From: Desulfatiglandales bacterium
GTDB taxonomy: Bacteria > Desulfobacterota > DSM-4660 > Desulfatiglandales > Desulfatiglandaceae
Assembly: GCA_963666345.1 (NCBI GenBank)
Contig: OY762721.1
Span: 352,001-416,000, forward strand
Length of the DNA stretch: 64,000 nt
Reading direction: 5' to 3'
This document shows, piece after piece, positions 19,603 to 29,246 of the stretch. A program made the position numbers and the translations under genes. A model generated the notes under the pieces. The model had not been told where the DNA came from. It made no database searches and was given only the letters and a program-made list of their open reading frames with translations. Positions within the stretch are counted from its first letter, which is position 1; the number at the start of each line of letters is the position of its first letter.

Positions 19603-21426
19603 CTATTCAGTGTCGTCAACACCAGGAAGTCTTACGACAAATGTCGTTGTTTTTTTATCACTTTTAATGTCTATCCGCCCCTTTAAAAGTTTCATTATAC
19701 GGTGAGTTATATAAAGGCCCCTGCCATCGCCTTCACCTTCCATTATTCGCAATCGATCATCTTCACTTATGTGTCCTGTATTGGTTATCTCTGCACAGGT
19801 CCATCGGCCGTCCCTATACGTTCGCACAGACAGACGCCCCCCCCTGATCGGGATCGCCTTGGTGGCATTGTTCAATAGATTATCGAAAACCCTTTCCAGG
19901 TGCATTACATAGCCTTTGACCTTGAGGTTGTGGTCAAAAGGACCCTCTTTCAGGCTCACATTTTGTTTCAGCTGTTCCTTTATTGCCTCCCTGTTTATTT
20001 CAAAACGCCTCCTAAGCACCTCCGTAAGCTCCAGAATCTGCTCGTCACCCACCTGGTAAATACTCAATGCCAGTTCCTGAAGACGGCTCGTCTCTTGAAG
20101 CAGGATATCCGCGTATCGCCGTATTTGTTCCCTGGAGGACTCGTAATCCTCCTGCTCCAGCAGCTTCTTGAGCCTTCTGGCAAATCCCGCCGTGGCAATA
20201 GCCGGATTTTTAAAATCATGCAGCGCATCGTCCAGCCGCTCCATGCGTTTTGCCTTTAGGAGTTCCCTGCCCAGGAACAGGAATGTATCTATCTCATCGT
20301 CACTGTATCTCTTTCTCTGATCAAGGGCATCGAACGTCATTACATGGCTTGTTTCCCCTTCCAGTGAAAGCGGAATATAGAGGATGGAATTGATATTTTT
20401 ATTAGCGGCGAATCCTTTGATTTTATTAGATATAAGATCGCTTTTCTGAGGATCGAGCACCAGTATATGAAAGGGAGTTACTATCTCGTAGGTTGAATCC
20501 CCGCTGTATTCCGACAGATTTAGCAGAACCCCGAACGCCGGCTCGTCACTTATGGGAAAACTGTTTCCTGTTGCGTGGTGGCCGGTGGTTTCAGGGTATG
20601 AGGCCTCCAGAATGAGCTTTTCCTGGTCCTTTGATACGGAAAACAGTGCACAGCTCTGAAGATCGACGATATCCGCCAACTCAGGTATGATACTGTCAAA
20701 TACCTCCTTCATCTTTATTCCGCCCCTGGTTCCCATGGTTCGGAATATCCGCTGGACGATAACCTTCCTCTTCTCCCTTGCTTTCTGCATGGAGAGAATT
20801 TTTTTCCGGGCAATTACAAAGCTTAGCCTCTTGGCCATAAGCTTTGCCGCATCTACCTCCAGTGATGAAAATTTTCTTCCTCTTTCCGAAAAATATATCT
20901 GAATAACCCCTACCAGATCTCTATCACTGGAAAAGAATCTGGGGATCTCAAAGGGTACTGCGATAAGAGACCGTACGCCCTTTCTGTATATGACCTCCTT
21001 GTTATGGTACCGCTCCTCATCCAGGATATCAGGAACCAGATAAGGGCTGCGGGTCTTAACGACCTCACCGGCTATGCTGTTCTCAAGAGGGATAAGCTTC
21101 TCACGCGTCTCTTCTTCATGAGGAAAAGACCCGAAGCTGAGCATCTGAGAGGTATGTGGATCATATATACGCACAGAGGCATGATGGGCGTTGAGGAATT
21201 CCACCATATATTGAGTTGCATTTCTGAGGATTTGTCTTTCGGAAAGGTCCGGATCAATCTCAACGATTTCATCGACCTGTCTGGTCATATGCCTCAAGAA
21301 ACCGGCGACCATATGCTCTTCTATCCATTCGGCAAGGCGTTCCCAGAACTGCTCATCCGTGCAGCCGGCTTTTGTCCAGGGTTCCCTCTGAACCAGTTCG
21401 ATGAAATGTTCAAGATTTATAATCAT
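19603..21426 (-). CDS. GAF-domain sensor histidine kinase
   Basis: Two GAF-like regions, H-box ALHDFKNP, N-box NLLNNA, GRGLYI; start placed at MIINLEH. Confidence 0.85.
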   Translation of the reverse strand: MIINLEHFIELVQREPWTKAGCTDEQFWERLAEWIEEHMVAGFLRHMTRQVDEIVEIDPDLSERQILRNATQYMVEFLNAHHASVRIYDPHTSQMLSFGSFPHEEETREKLIPLENSIAGEVVKTRSPYLVPDILDEERYHNKEVIYRKGVRSLIAVPFEIPRFFSSDRDLVGVIQIYFSERGRKFSSLEVDAAKLMAKRLSFVIARKKILSMQKAREKRKVIVQRIFRTMGTRGGIKMKEVFDSIIPELADIVDLQSCALFSVSKDQEKLILEASYPETTGHHATGNSFPISDEPAFGVLLNLSEYSGDSTYEIVTPFHILVLDPQKSDLISNKIKGFAANKNINSILYIPLSLEGETSHVMTFDALDQRKRYSDDEIDTFLFLGRELLKAKRMERLDDALHDFKNPAIATAGFARRLKKLLEQEDYESSREQIRRYADILLQETSRLQELALSIYQVGDEQILELTEVLRRRFEINREAIKEQLKQNVSLKEGPFDHNLKVKGYVMHLERVFDNLLNNATKAIPIRGGRLSVRTYRDGRWTCAEITNTGHISEDDRLRIMEGEGDGRGLYITHRIMKLLKGRIDIKSDKKTTTFVVRLPGVDDTE

Positions 21427-21560
21427 CCGTGGCCTGTTTTTAGGTGAATTAAGAGAAGGCAAAATTTGGATAACAGATAGCATGCATAAAGTCAAGAAAC
21501 GGAGCGACCATGAGGACCGGTCCGGCATTCATGAATCTCATTTTAAGGCTGCAATGACGA

Positions 21561-21718
21561 CCCAAATCCGCCAGCTAAATCAGTCATAATCAGTTATTAC
21601 TCGGGATCTTGAATTAGCCCCGAACGCCGGTAAGATGCTGGAGACAAGGTGCCGGAAAGCGACGAGTGAGGCGTATGACTCATACGGCCCGCGCATTACC
21701 TCCTGATAGCAGGTCAGG
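21561..21718. repeat. MITE family A copy (inverted)
   Basis: Reverse complement CCTGACCTGCTATCAGGAGGTAATGCGCG...TTAGCTGGCGGATTTGGG aligns with the copies at 44673 and 40460. Confidence 0.65.
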
Positions 21719-21741
21719 AGAGGACAAGTCTTGTTGACGAG

Positions 21742-22575
21742 ATGGCCCTTTCTGTGTTACAGCCATTTCCCATGCTCCAATTTCCCGACATAGGTCCCAG
21801 TATCATCGAAATAGGCCCGCTAAAACTGCGCTGGTACGGTCTAATGTATGTTATCGGCTTTGCTACCGCTTATCTCCTGATCCCGAGACAATCAAAGGCA
21901 AGGGAACTCGAATTAAAGGGAACAAGGCTTCAAAACCTGATCTTCTATGTTGCCGTGGGCCTTATAATAGGTGCAAGGCTCGGATACGTATTGTTCTACC
22001 AGCTTCCCAACCTTGAGGAATACCTGCTCAACCCCCTGGAAATAATAGCAATATGGCATGGCGGCATGTCATTTCATGGAGGCCTTATAGGCGCGGTCCT
22101 GGGCGGCTACATCTTCTGCAGAATAAACCGCCTGCCGTTCTGGAAAACTGCTGACGCGGTTATAGTTACAGCCCCTGTCGGCCTTGGATTCGGAAGGATC
22201 GGAAACTTCATCAACGGTGAACTGTTCGGGCGTCCGAGCTCGGTTCCATGGGCTATGATATTTCCATTTGGAGGAGCAGCTCCGCGACATCCTTCCCAGT
22301 TATATGAAGCAGCTCTTGAAGGGGTCCTTCTTTTTATAATACTCTGGAAGCTAAGAGACCGCCTCCCTAAACCGGGGAGCATGGTCTGTGTGTTTTTCGC
22401 AGGATATGGATCACTCCGTTTTATCGTGGAATTTTTCAGACAGCCGGATCCCCAAATCGGTTTGTTTCTGGGAGTATTTTCCATGGGTCAGATACTCTGT
22501 TTCGGCATGTTAACCGTAGCGGTTATACTCTGGTTGCTCCTTCCGGATAAACAGGCAAAAGGCGACTATTCCTGA
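21742..22575 (+). CDS. lgt: Prolipoprotein diacylglyceryl transferase (start probably 21772)
   Basis: RWYGLMY, GGMSFHGG, GRIGNFINGEL and RHPSQLYE motifs. Confidence 0.96.
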   Translation: MALSVLQPFPMLQFPDIGPSIIEIGPLKLRWYGLMYVIGFATAYLLIPRQSKARELELKGTRLQNLIFYVAVGLIIGARLGYVLFYQLPNLEEYLLNPLEIIAIWHGGMSFHGGLIGAVLGGYIFCRINRLPFWKTADAVIVTAPVGLGFGRIGNFINGELFGRPSSVPWAMIFPFGGAAPRHPSQLYEAALEGVLLFIILWKLRDRLPKPGSMVCVFFAGYGSLRFIVEFFRQPDPQIGLFLGVFSMGQILCFGMLTVAVILWLLLPDKQAKGDYS

Positions 22576-22723
22576 AAACGTTCTCTATCCCGGTTGCGTT
22601 GAAAACGCCTTTCTGATTTAGTGCCATTTTGATATCCCTGATGTATCAATCCTTCTCCGGTTTTTAATAACCCTTTTTGGCTCTACGAATCAAAGGCTGA
22701 TCTATTCACCTTGGGGAGCATGA

Positions 22724-23881
22724 ATGGATATCACGATAAGACTCATCCTTTTTCTTTCTGTTTTCCTTTTGATATACGGTGCGCTTCATTACTATTTCTA
22801 CAAAAAGCTAACCGCCGTTGTCACACTGGGTCCCTGCACGCGGATTGCAATAGGAATAACGCTTCTGGTGCTGCTTCTCTGCCCTATATTGATCAATTAC
22901 TGCGCAACCAGGATAAATCACACCCTGATAACCATAATGGCATTTTCAGGTTATGAGTGGATGGGTTTTCTTTTCCTTTTTTTTTCACTTCATCTTCTCT
23001 TTGATCTATATGGAATACTTAACGACAAACTCCGTCATAAAAAAAGCTTCCGTAACCGAGTGGCCAAACCGGCCGGATCGACTTCATTTATTGCAACCCT
23101 GATAACGGTTTTCCTGATTCTTGTCTTCGGCACTTTTGAGGCTCAAGATATACGGACCGAAAGGCTGGTATTGAATTCTGAAAAGCTGCCTTCATGCAAA
23201 AATTATCTGAGGATTGTTCAGATCTCGGATACACATTTCAATGCCATCCGGGGACAAGGGCTTGCTCGCAAGATCATCGCTATCATAAGAAAACTTGAGC
23301 CTGATCTACTTGTTTTCACAGGAGATTTCTGTGACAAAAGCATCGATCATATTGAAAGGATTTCGGCCATGTTTCGAGGTCTTAAGGTCCCTATGGGTAA
23401 ATATTCCGTCACGGGAAACCATGAATTTTATCACGGAATAGACGAATCGATCAAAATAATGGAGTCGGCGGGGTTCAAGGTCTTAAGAAATGAAATTACA
23501 ACCGCAGGAGCCGCTGCAGACATCGTCGGAGTTGATGATGAAGCGGCATCACGATTCGGCCTTGAACACGATAATAACGTATGCGACCTGCTCAGGCGTG
23601 CATCAAAAAAGCGCTTTACGATTTTACTCAAACACCGGCCCAGGGTTGACAATCGATGTACGGATCTTCTTGACCTGCAACTGTCCGGTCATACCCATGG
23701 CGGCCAGATATTTCCTTTTGATATCATATCTTCGATTTTTTTCCCTTATCACAACGGGCTGTATTCAATCGGGGAAGAATCCCTAATCTATGTCAGTCGC
23801 GGTACAGGCACATGGGGCCCTCCCGTGAGATTTCTTTCTCCTCCCGAAATCACGGTAATCGACGTTCAAACAAGGAAATAA
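22724..23881 (+). CDS. Membrane-anchored metallophosphoesterase (YkuE-like)
   Basis: N-terminal TMs; SDTH, TGD, GNHE, SGHTHGGQ and GTWGPP motifs. Confidence 0.9.
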   Translation: MDITIRLILFLSVFLLIYGALHYYFYKKLTAVVTLGPCTRIAIGITLLVLLLCPILINYCATRINHTLITIMAFSGYEWMGFLFLFFSLHLLFDLYGILNDKLRHKKSFRNRVAKPAGSTSFIATLITVFLILVFGTFEAQDIRTERLVLNSEKLPSCKNYLRIVQISDTHFNAIRGQGLARKIIAIIRKLEPDLLVFTGDFCDKSIDHIERISAMFRGLKVPMGKYSVTGNHEFYHGIDESIKIMESAGFKVLRNEITTAGAAADIVGVDDEAASRFGLEHDNNVCDLLRRASKKRFTILLKHRPRVDNRCTDLLDLQLSGHTHGGQIFPFDIISSIFFPYHNGLYSIGEESLIYVSRGTGTWGPPVRFLSPPEITVIDVQTRK

Positions 23882-24025
23882 CGGGATGGACCATCTTCCG
23901 ATTAGCATTTGAAGTTCATCAGGCAGAATAAGTAGCCTGTCTCCAGCTGAATAAATGTGATTCCAGAGGTTCTGAAGGGTTTTGGGAACCTCTTCCACAA
24001 CTAACTCGGGGGAAAATCAATAATA

Positions 24026-24460
24026 TCAACCGGCGCCTTTGCTGCGGCACAAATATGCCTCGTCAATTCTTTGCGCAATATACGAAAGTTTATCTTTTTC
24101 GTATCCGTATATGTCAAAGCAATAACCGTCTTCTCCAAGAAGCCCACCTGGAATAAGATCACCCTCTTCATCGGGATCACTGATCGTGTCTCCGTAAAAA
24201 CACACTGACAGCCATCTGTTATCGGGATCATCATCTATAACATCTACCATTACGAAAAGTGCTCTTTCTTCGTCATCAACTGCACCGGCCCGAAGAGAAT
24301 GAGTTATTCCCGGCCTTGAATTGAAACCTAACTTTACTCCTTTTGCTTTCATTAGATGATCTTTGAGAAAACCGAACACCTTCCTTACACCTTCGGGATC
24401 ATTTTCCCAGGAATCAAGAAATTTAATCATATCTTTCGATTCTTCTTCCGAACTGAACAT
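24026..24460 (-). CDS. Hypothetical protein
   Basis: Strong RBS (AGGAGG); globular acidic protein with RWLSVCFY and GLLGEDGYCFD. Confidence 0.75.
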   Translation of the reverse strand: MFSSEEESKDMIKFLDSWENDPEGVRKVFGFLKDHLMKAKGVKLGFNSRPGITHSLRAGAVDDEERALFVMVDVIDDDPDNRWLSVCFYGDTISDPDEEGDLIPGGLLGEDGYCFDIYGYEKDKLSYIAQRIDEAYLCRSKGAG

Positions 24461-25556
24461 GAGTACCTCCTGATACATTTACCGGATCAACAAACAGATA
24501 ATAAAGCTCTTTTGCAATTCTGACTAACAAAAGAGAGAAAATCAACGGTTCAACCCCCGCCGCAAAAATCCTCTGCCAGGATCTCCGACATCCTATATTT
24601 AAGCTTCAGATTCCCTCAATGCCTTTTTCATGGTGCCAATATGACCTGCCCGAAATTTCTTTTCAGCTCATCTGAGAGAACCTCGACTGCCCTGTCATCG
24701 GCCAGTTCCACCATTAATTCACCTTCCTCACCCGCTACAACCCTTCCATGTTTTCCTCAATCCCGCCTGTTTTGGAAGCCCCTGAGGTCAACCGACCCGC
24801 CGTTCTCATCAGAAGTTATCTTCCTTTCAGTTTAACCAGATCTATGTCCCTGAAACACGCTACACACGCGATAACGGCAGGTTCCATCAATACCGGGATT
24901 ACGGCATGATAAATCCGGCAACAACCGAACAGGCTCAATCTCCTCAAGATGCCCCTCAGATAATACAGTCGAACCTTGAATCATCAGAAAGAACATCAAG
25001 GGGTACTTCTATTCCGATTCTGCTTAGAGAAAAAATGAATACCCATTTGTTTAATTCCGAAATTTCATTCCCGTCCATCCAAATACCCTTCCCTCAGCAT
25101 CAGACCAGGCACTCTTAAACATAAACCTTGTATGTTCTCTGGCGGGCCTGAGTCTTGAATCAAAACGGGAAAAACCGAGTCTAATTAGAGTCTCTTTCTG
25201 TGCCGACTCCATATGTGAAAATATGGATATCATTTTCCAGACAGGCGGATCAAGCCTCATTTGTCATAATCATCAGTCATTGATAAAAACCGATCTTATT
25301 CACAAAATAAATTATTCAATCTGATCTCGAAATATCACGGATAACCCTAATAGAATAAAGTTGAAAAATACAGGCTGAATATTCATGAATCGCAAGGAAG
25401 ATATTTTGGCGGGGACGTCTTTTTAAATTATAATAAAGGCGGAAAGCCGGACGATTCTCTTTCCAATTAAGGCATATATGCTGCCCGCGCAGAAGGAGGC
25501 TACAACTGAAGGGCCAAAAAGACCAATTTCCGGTCCCTTCGCGCTCTTTTACGATC

Positions 25557-25603
25557 TATCGACTGGGCCCTCTTTTATTCAGTTCAGAAGGCCCGGTCGA
25601 TAA
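25557..25603 (-). terminator. Hairpin downstream of the hup operon
   Basis: TATCGACTGGGCC...GGCCCGGTCGATA inverted repeat. Confidence 0.55.
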
Positions 25604-25642
25604 GAATTGAAGGGAAAGAGTCCTATAACTCAACGATAATTA

Positions 25643-26053
25643 TCAGGTCTTTTTTATGTATGCGCCCCTGCCGACTTTTTCTATTTTTCCCTCTTTGTAT
25701 GCCCTGTGAACGATATCCCAGATTTTTCTTGTGTTGTAACCGGTCTTTTTATGAAGCTGGGCCGTATCAACACCTTTCTTGCTTCTATTAATTATCTTAA
25801 GGACGTTCTCAGTGGCTGAAGGGGTCTTTGCCTTCTTTACTGCAGCTTTTTTTGCGGGTTTCTTCTTTGCCGGAGCCTTTTTTGCCACAGTTTTTTTCGC
25901 CACAGTCTTCTTTGCAGCGGCTTTCGCAGGTTTGGCTTTCTTTGCCTGTGCCTTCTCCATCTTTCCCAGAGATGCGATCATCTGCTCGGTTTTCTTGGTA
26001 AGAGTCTTAAGATTCTTTGAAAGACTTTCCAAGCTTCTTTTCATCTGCTTCAT
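25643..26053 (-). CDS. Basic putative nucleoid protein: coiled coil + Lys/Ala/Pro repeats + C-terminal winged helix
   Basis: AKKTVAKKTVAKKAPAKKKPAKK tract; C-terminal three helices plus wing GKIEKVGRGAY; RBS AAGGAG; 48 bp downstream of hup. Confidence 0.75.
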   Translation of the reverse strand: MKQMKRSLESLSKNLKTLTKKTEQMIASLGKMEKAQAKKAKPAKAAAKKTVAKKTVAKKAPAKKKPAKKAAVKKAKTPSATENVLKIINRSKKGVDTAQLHKKTGYNTRKIWDIVHRAYKEGKIEKVGRGAYIKKT

Positions 26054-26101
26054 ATCTTATCTCCTTTTACCCGTTGTTTTTGCTCAAAGAGATACCCTTG
26101 C

Positions 26102-26371
26102 CTAGTTAACAGCGTCCTTTAACGCCTTACCAGCAACGAATTTGGGAACATTCTTGGCAGCGATATTTATCACTTCACCAGTCTGAGGGTTTCTCCCCTT
26201 TCTGGCATCCCTCTTATCCACCTTGAATGTGCCGAAGCCGATCAGGGTAACGGCATCTTTCTTTTTCATCGCGTCTGTGATAGATGAAAATACGCAATCA
26301 ACAGCAGCCTGTGCTTCCTTTTTGCTGCCAACCACTTTTGCCACTTCATTAATCAAATCGCCTTTGTTCAT
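26102..26371 (-). CDS. hup: DNA-binding protein HU
   Basis: MNKGDLI, GFGTF, ARKGRNPQTGE and PKFVAGKALKDAV motifs. Confidence 0.97.
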   Translation of the reverse strand: MNKGDLINEVAKVVGSKKEAQAAVDCVFSSITDAMKKKDAVTLIGFGTFKVDKRDARKGRNPQTGEVINIAAKNVPKFVAGKALKDAVN

Positions 26372-26570
26372 CTCTTCCCTCCCTTTTTATATGTAACACA
26401 AATTAGATTTAAAATTAGTCTATAATAACAGCTTTTTTTTGAAAATTCAACATATTTATTAAGTAACAAAGCTTTGTTATCTCATATTTCCACATTTATT
26501 CAATCACTAATCGCTTTAAAATCAATTCTCAACCATCATAATTTCGAACTTCAAAAGCTAAACTCCTAAT

Positions 26571-26858
26571 TCGTGCCCATCCGGAAATCAAAATGAAGGT
26601 CATGGAGAAATTTTCGGGTCAGAAATAAGGTATTTTTGTTCAAAATCAAGAAACCGGGAACTCGCTGCAAAACAGTGGGACTGAGTGAAACGAAGAAATT
26701 GGGAATCCGGTCAGAGCCTGTCGAAGAACGGACTGAGAGAAACGAAGAAAAGCAAGTAATTGCGCAGACACTGGCATATGGAAAATCTTATTCCTGTAGG
26801 GCGGGATGCGAGTTGACACAAAATTTTGGCAAAAAGCCATTTCCGGTCGAAAACTAGC
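26571..26858. mobile_element. MITE-like element family B (degenerate)
   Basis: Ends GTGCCCATCCGGAAAT ... ATTTCCGGTCGAAAACTAG; contains the AAACCGGGAA...GTGGGACTGAG motif; right end supplies the USP stop codon. Confidence 0.5.
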
Positions 26859-27333
26859 TTACCAATATAACGGACACTTCATGCAAAGAAGACAGGACTT
26901 TATTCGTTACACTGCCGAGCAGGAATTCCTTTGCAGCCGACAAACCTCTTCTTCCCATAACTACCGTGTCATAACCCGACTTAGCTTCTGTTACGATGGC
27001 CCTTGCAGGTCCTTTTTTTTCCACAACCATCTTCTTTTTGATATTTTTTTTATCAAAGCCCGCATCAATCAAAGCCGATTCGGCGTTATTAATGGCCTCT
27101 TTCACCAAAGCCTTTTTCCTGTCTTCAAGCGCACAGAATACCCCCTGTTGTTTCAGAAAATAGGGAGTCAGGGTGGGAGTATTAAATCCTGTCATTTCAC
27201 ACAAAGCAGCGGTATCGGGTATTACGCTGAACAACGTGATTTCGTGTTCGAAGGTGAAAGACTGCGCAACATATTCTAATGCACGCATGGCATTGACCGA
27301 TGCATCTAAGGCAACCAAAATTTTTTTCCCCAT
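26854..27333 (-). CDS. Universal stress protein
   Basis: KILVALDAS N-terminus; VVMGRRGLS...LLGSVTNKVL. Confidence 0.92.
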   Translation of the reverse strand: MGKKILVALDASVNAMRALEYVAQSFTFEHEITLFSVIPDTAALCEMTGFNTPTLTPYFLKQQGVFCALEDRKKALVKEAINNAESALIDAGFDKKNIKKKMVVEKKGPARAIVTEAKSGYDTVVMGRRGLSAAKEFLLGSVTNKVLSSLHEVSVILVS

Positions 27334-27928
27334 TGGTATTGTCCTCCTTTTTAGATCCACTGCTCAAGCCTTTCTTGAGCAGGCAGATGGCAAAATATTT
27401 TAATCAGATACAAAACATGGCACATCGCACAAACAATCGCACGGATTGCCGCAGATATTGGGCAAAAGGTCCATTTCCAGATGGTAACCAATTAGCCAAC
27501 CGTATCAATAGGCAGGGAATCTTTGCGCTTTCAATGTGTAAAGGCCTATATCTTCACCGGCCCGGTTTGATACCCTTTCCAATAATGGAAGTCCCTTCGG
27601 CTTGAGCATACGGATCTCAATGTCATCCGCCGGCTAAACGATATGAATCACAGACCGCATGTCCTCCTGACCCCTCGACCGCTTTTTCCGGCATTTCGCA
27701 GTAATGCGCAAAGGGACCTGTATGTTGTTCGGATACGAACCAAAAGAGATATCAACGCAAGAAGCAGTTTTATAACTTTGCCAAGCAAGGTAGCGCCGGC
27801 TGGAGAATTTCACAGGTGAGGCCATCTTTCCGATTTCGTAGCCTCCATTACCTTTTAGTCAGGCAAAGGGTCAGATATCTGAGTACGACAGGAGCGTCAC
27901 GTTAATGAAATAACTTCATTTAATCATG

Positions 27929-28532
27929 TGGCTCTTCTCCAATATAGTTGTCGAAGAGGGTCCAAGGATTCAAGGATTCTTTGCTTCGCTTACGCTTCGC
28001 GCAGTCCCACCCTTCGGCCAGCTCAGGGCGGGTTCCCGGTTTCAAGGGTTTTCTTTCCAGGGATTTGATCATTTATTTGGACATTGCCCCGACATCCCTT
28101 ATTTCCCTTCTTAATCTCTGAAGCCGCTCTTCTTTCAAATAACCCAGGCCAGCTGATGTCATGTCCCGGGTTTCCGATTCACAGTCTGAACCATATGCAA
28201 TAAAGAAAAATTGCATATACTCTATAGCCGTTTTTCTCCCATACCCTCAGGCGGTATCCCTTGACATGAAAACAGCGGATCTTCTGATTCGGGAGGTAAA
28301 ACAGTATTGCCCATCTTTAAAAAAAACGTTTAGCTCCTTTTTACACATGCAAACAAGGTGTATACAATTTTTGCCGAACGTTTAACTTCCAATGATCTTT
28401 AAACTTTCCACTCGAACCCGCGGCCCCTTGACCCCTCCAAACCGGGAACCCGCTGCGAAGAAGTGGGACTGAGCTGAGCTAAGCGAGGGCGAAGAATCCT
28501 TCATTTAGGCCAACTCTTTTGGAGATGATCCA
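27929..28532. mobile_element. Non-autonomous 604-bp element with ~24-bp TIRs and 6-bp TSD (ATCATG)
   Basis: Left TGGCTCTTCTCCAATATAGTTGTC versus right (rc) TGGATCATCTCCAAAAGAGTTGGC; ATCATG at 27923-27928 and 28533-28538. Confidence 0.75.
28038..28405 (-). pseudogene. Four-helix-bundle protein (23S rRNA IVS protein/Avd-like family) pseudogene
   Basis: Translation TSRIRRSAVFMSRDTA*GYGRKTAIEYMQFFFIAYGSDCESET...LGY...IKSLE; several stops and a frameshift. Confidence 0.8.
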
Positions 28533-28663
28533 ATCATGTTAACTACTTGATAAATGAAAAATATTCAAGACAAAAGGGCTGAAGAGATATCACGTTGAGG
28601 CACGATAAAAAAATGGGAAAGGAGATATCCTTTCCCGAATGAACGAACGTACCATCTATTTTG

Positions 28664-28751
28664 TGGTGCCGGAGGGGGGAATCGAACCCCCACTTCCGCA
28701 AGGGAAACTGGATTTTGAGTCCAGCGCGTCTACCAGTTTCACCACTCCGGC
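28664..28751 (-). tRNA. tRNA-Leu(CAA)
   Basis: GCCGGAG acceptor, CTGGA-CT-CAA-AA-TCCAG anticodon arm, long variable arm, GTTCGATTC, CCA end. Confidence 0.96.
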
Positions 28752-28767
28752 ATGAATACAAAAATGG

Positions 28768-28836
28768 AAGTATATAAAAAAATCCTGGAATCTGTCAATA
28801 TCATATTGACATAAACACGTCTCCTTTGCTATGAGT
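28768..28836. promoter_or_regulatory. Back-to-back sigma70 promoters for the divergent tRNAs
   Basis: Minus strand TTGACA...TATACT; plus strand TTGACA (28806-28811)...TGCTATGAGT. Confidence 0.6.
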
Positions 28837-28844
28837 ACTCGCAT

Positions 28845-28920
28845 GGGGCTGTAGCTCAGCTGGGAGAGCGCATGACTGGCAGTCATGAGGTCGTCGGTTC
28901 GATCCCGATCAGCTCCACCA
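28845..28920 (+). tRNA. tRNA-Ala(GGC)
   Basis: GGGGCTG acceptor with G3:U70, CATGA-CT-GGC-AG-TCATG anticodon arm, CCA end. Confidence 0.96.
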
Positions 28921-29246
28921 TTGAAATCAAGGTGTTACAAAATTATCGAAAACATAGATCCATCAGATACTGTCCTTTTGTGACACTTCGACTGAATTAA
29001 AGCGGTCAATTCTGAGATGTAATTGACCGCTTTTTTGTCTCCTGCCTCAAGTCAGCCATTTTTTATATCAAGGAAAAGCAGCCCTTCGGTTTAACTAAGG
29101 ACCATCAGCATGTCGAATGGCAGATTAAATCTTTATGTTGGACCAGGGGTGACAGAAACCGTTTGTTATAATCCCCTCTTTCTGATATATGCTTGGCTGC
29201 ATTCAAATAGACTTTCCATCAAAACTCTTAACATACCTTCCGGCTT

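Noticed and set aside
27400..27900. Short ORFs upstream of the USP gene
   Set aside because: No frame gave a recognisable product; may be degraded sequence
27929..28532. Diversity-generating retroelement, suggested by the Avd-like gene
   Set aside because: No reverse transcriptase or TR/VR pair in the window
28543..28886. Short ORFs overlapping the tRNA genes
   Set aside because: They are translations of tRNA-Leu and tRNA-Ala sequence
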